This document shows, one piece after another, positions 62,090-64,000 of a stretch of 64,000 nt of DNA. The stretch is from Macrostomum lignano. Its lineage: Eukaryota. The notes beneath the pieces are model-generated. The model saw only the letters and a program-made list of their open reading frames with translations. It was not told the origin of the DNA and ran no database searches. The position numbers and the translations under genes were made by a program. The DNA lies in the NCBI GenBank assembly GCA_002269645.1, contig NIVC01002066.1:124001-188000 (forward strand), given 5' to 3'. How positions within the stretch are numbered: position 1 is the stretch's first letter; every line of letters starts with the position of its first letter.

Positions 62090-62804
62090 CTACTCGGGCC
62101 CGCTCAGGTTGCCAGGCGGGTACACGAACTCCAGCAGGTGGCAGGCGAGCTCCTGTCGGGAGAAAACGGCGGCCCGGCAGTCGGCTCTGGCGCTGCACCA
62201 GAGCAGGCAGTCCTCGACGGACTGGGCAGCGACAGGCCAGACGGAAGTGGCACCGGATGTCACGGGAGGGCTGGACGGCTTCACTACCGTGTAGGTGTTG
62301 CGGTCCGAAACTGAAGTTGAATGAAAGTGCATAGTCTCATACTTCCATAATGACAGCCGCTACTGAGCAGTAACAGAAAATTACAAAAGTACCTGAGTAG
62401 CTCAGTGAGAACACAGAATTGCAATAGTAACCGCCACATTTTTGCTGTTGGTTTCCGGAGCAAGCATTGCTGCAGTTGCCTTCACCCACCAAGCCATGGG
62501 ATCCGTACGAGTTGCCGCAGTAGCACTCTTTGCCGTGCTGCACACCGAAGTAGGCGAATTTTCCCGCCGAGCAGACGCCGCTGCACAGCTCGTGCGACAT
62601 CTCAGTGCTTAGCCATACTCGATCTTCACTAACGACATCGAATCCGCCAAGTTTTGTGAGCCCTCTGAGTCCGTTTAAGTCCCTGAGTGACCCATGGTCT
62701 TTATAGCAGCCCAGGTAGGAGAAGCGGGCGAGTCTGCAGGTGACGCAAGTCAGCAGGAGGGCAGCGCAGAGCAGAACGGGCAGAGCGGCTGCTGGACGGA
62801 ACAT
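62090..62804 (-). CDS. Secreted WSC + PAN protein, copy F (last 7 residues lost through TGG to TAG)
   Basis: Exon 1 62804-62393 and exon 2 62310-62090. All core cysteines present. It ends ...LSGPE* instead of ...GPEWTLFVRG* (ancestral stop at 62069). Confidence 0.8.
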
Positions 62805-64000
62805 TTCGCTGCTCGGTGAGAGGCTTGGGGTGACGGTTAGTTTCTGCAACGCTCCAGGTTTTAAAAGTGTCGAAACGTGACCGATTCAGATGGGAACGCT
62901 GTTTGACCAATCGGCGGTGTTTTGGAGAAGCGTGTCGCCCTCCATTGGGCAGTTAGGGATTTCTGATTTCCTACTCATACTTGAAGGGCATGCCAATCTT
63001 TGAGAACAAAATAGACAATTGGCAGAAATACACAGGGTCTAATGACCCCAGGTCCCGCACACAATGGTGTGGTGAACTAATTGTGCAGGATGAGACTGGT
63101 TTGGCCTCTTACCTTAGCCAGTGATGCTCTCACCTGCCTCTATTCAGTGGGACGATAGTTCAAGCGACCTTGACTCCTATTTTGCACATTGCAAGGTGCA
63201 CTTAGAAAGGTACTCGTGCCGCAGGTGTTAAGGCAGGCCTCCTGTGTCTTGTCGAGCTGATTAGTTGGCGTAGGTGGTCCTGGTAAGACCATAAACTCAC
63301 CTCTAAGGTCCCAGTGCAACTCCGTGCCAATGGAAGCTTTACCAGAGAGCAGTCTGGTAGCTTAAGGTTCCCCATGGGCCCTTGAATCCGACGATATTGT
63401 TTCTTTGAGGATGCAGCTTGTGGCTCTGTGCATGTGTTCTCCAAGAAGTCACACCTTCATTGTCACTTTAATCCAATGGCTTCTATTCAAAGGGTGAAGT
63501 GGATCACACAGTGCCTCAGGCTTCGGACACAGACTCAAACCAGATGTCGTGATGCCAGTGTTGGTCGGTCCGGCCCTTATATACATTTAGATTATAATTT
63601 AGATATTTCCTCGTCAGGAACGGTGACCCAAACGCCGGCGGTCCGGAACTCGTGTCTGTCAATCTGTAGCAGATTAAGACATTTGAGGAACTTCGTACGA
63701 GCGTATGCTCAAGAAGCCACATTGTCTTATAGTAGTTGAAGTGCTCGCCGACTGAAATGGCCGATGCTGCTCGTTCCAGTGAGTTTTCTCAAAGGTCTCT
63801 ACCTCCTTTGTCAACAAAGAGGTTTGCCGGCAGCGTAAACAATCAGCACAAAAAGTAGTTTTATGGGATTGAATAATAGTGTAGTTTGCCACAGACCGTT
63901 TTTTGGACGTATTTTGCGCATCATGCGCTCAGTGTAGTGCCTATAGTAGCATTTCTAGCATTCAAAAGCAGTGTTTAACTTTCTTTGTAAAAAATATTAA

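Noticed and set aside
22176-62092. Stop-codon reassignment to explain repeated single in-frame stops
   Set aside because: The stops replace different residues (TAG for Tyr in WSC-B, TAG for Trp in WSC-F, TGA for Cys in lectin copy 2), and TAA, TAG and TGA are all used as true terminators in intact genes here.

Overview
Eukaryotic (metazoan) genomic DNA with short GT-AG introns, GC-rich exons and many transposons and simple repeats; the style suggests a free-living flatworm such as Macrostomum, but that is inference only. There is no prokaryotic operon, rRNA or CRISPR array. The host genes form a dense cluster of innate-immunity-type genes: a cysteine-rich serum amyloid A (SAA)-like secreted protein (10.2-11.1 kb); an ankyrin-repeat + cGAS/Mab-21-like nucleotidyltransferase (12.4-15.3 kb, one 1-nt frameshift); an ankyrin-repeat caspase (about 29.3-33.2 kb, one in-frame TAA); at least seven copies or remnants of a secreted WSC + PAN/apple-like gene (minus strand); and three copies of a type I membrane C-type-lectin-like gene with an RQKR furin site (plus strand). 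Interleaved mobile DNA includes a mariner relic, nested TIR elements, MITEs, a solo LTR inside a GGATCC satellite, a Crypton-type tyrosine recombinase gene, a tRNA-derived SINE, a LINE RNase H relic, and an Ngaro/DIRS-type retrotransposon with split direct repeats whose recombinase is interrupted by a THAP-encoding P-like element. Most short ORFs in the six-frame track are repeat-derived or antisense artefacts. All family assignments come from motif recognition by eye; no database search was run.
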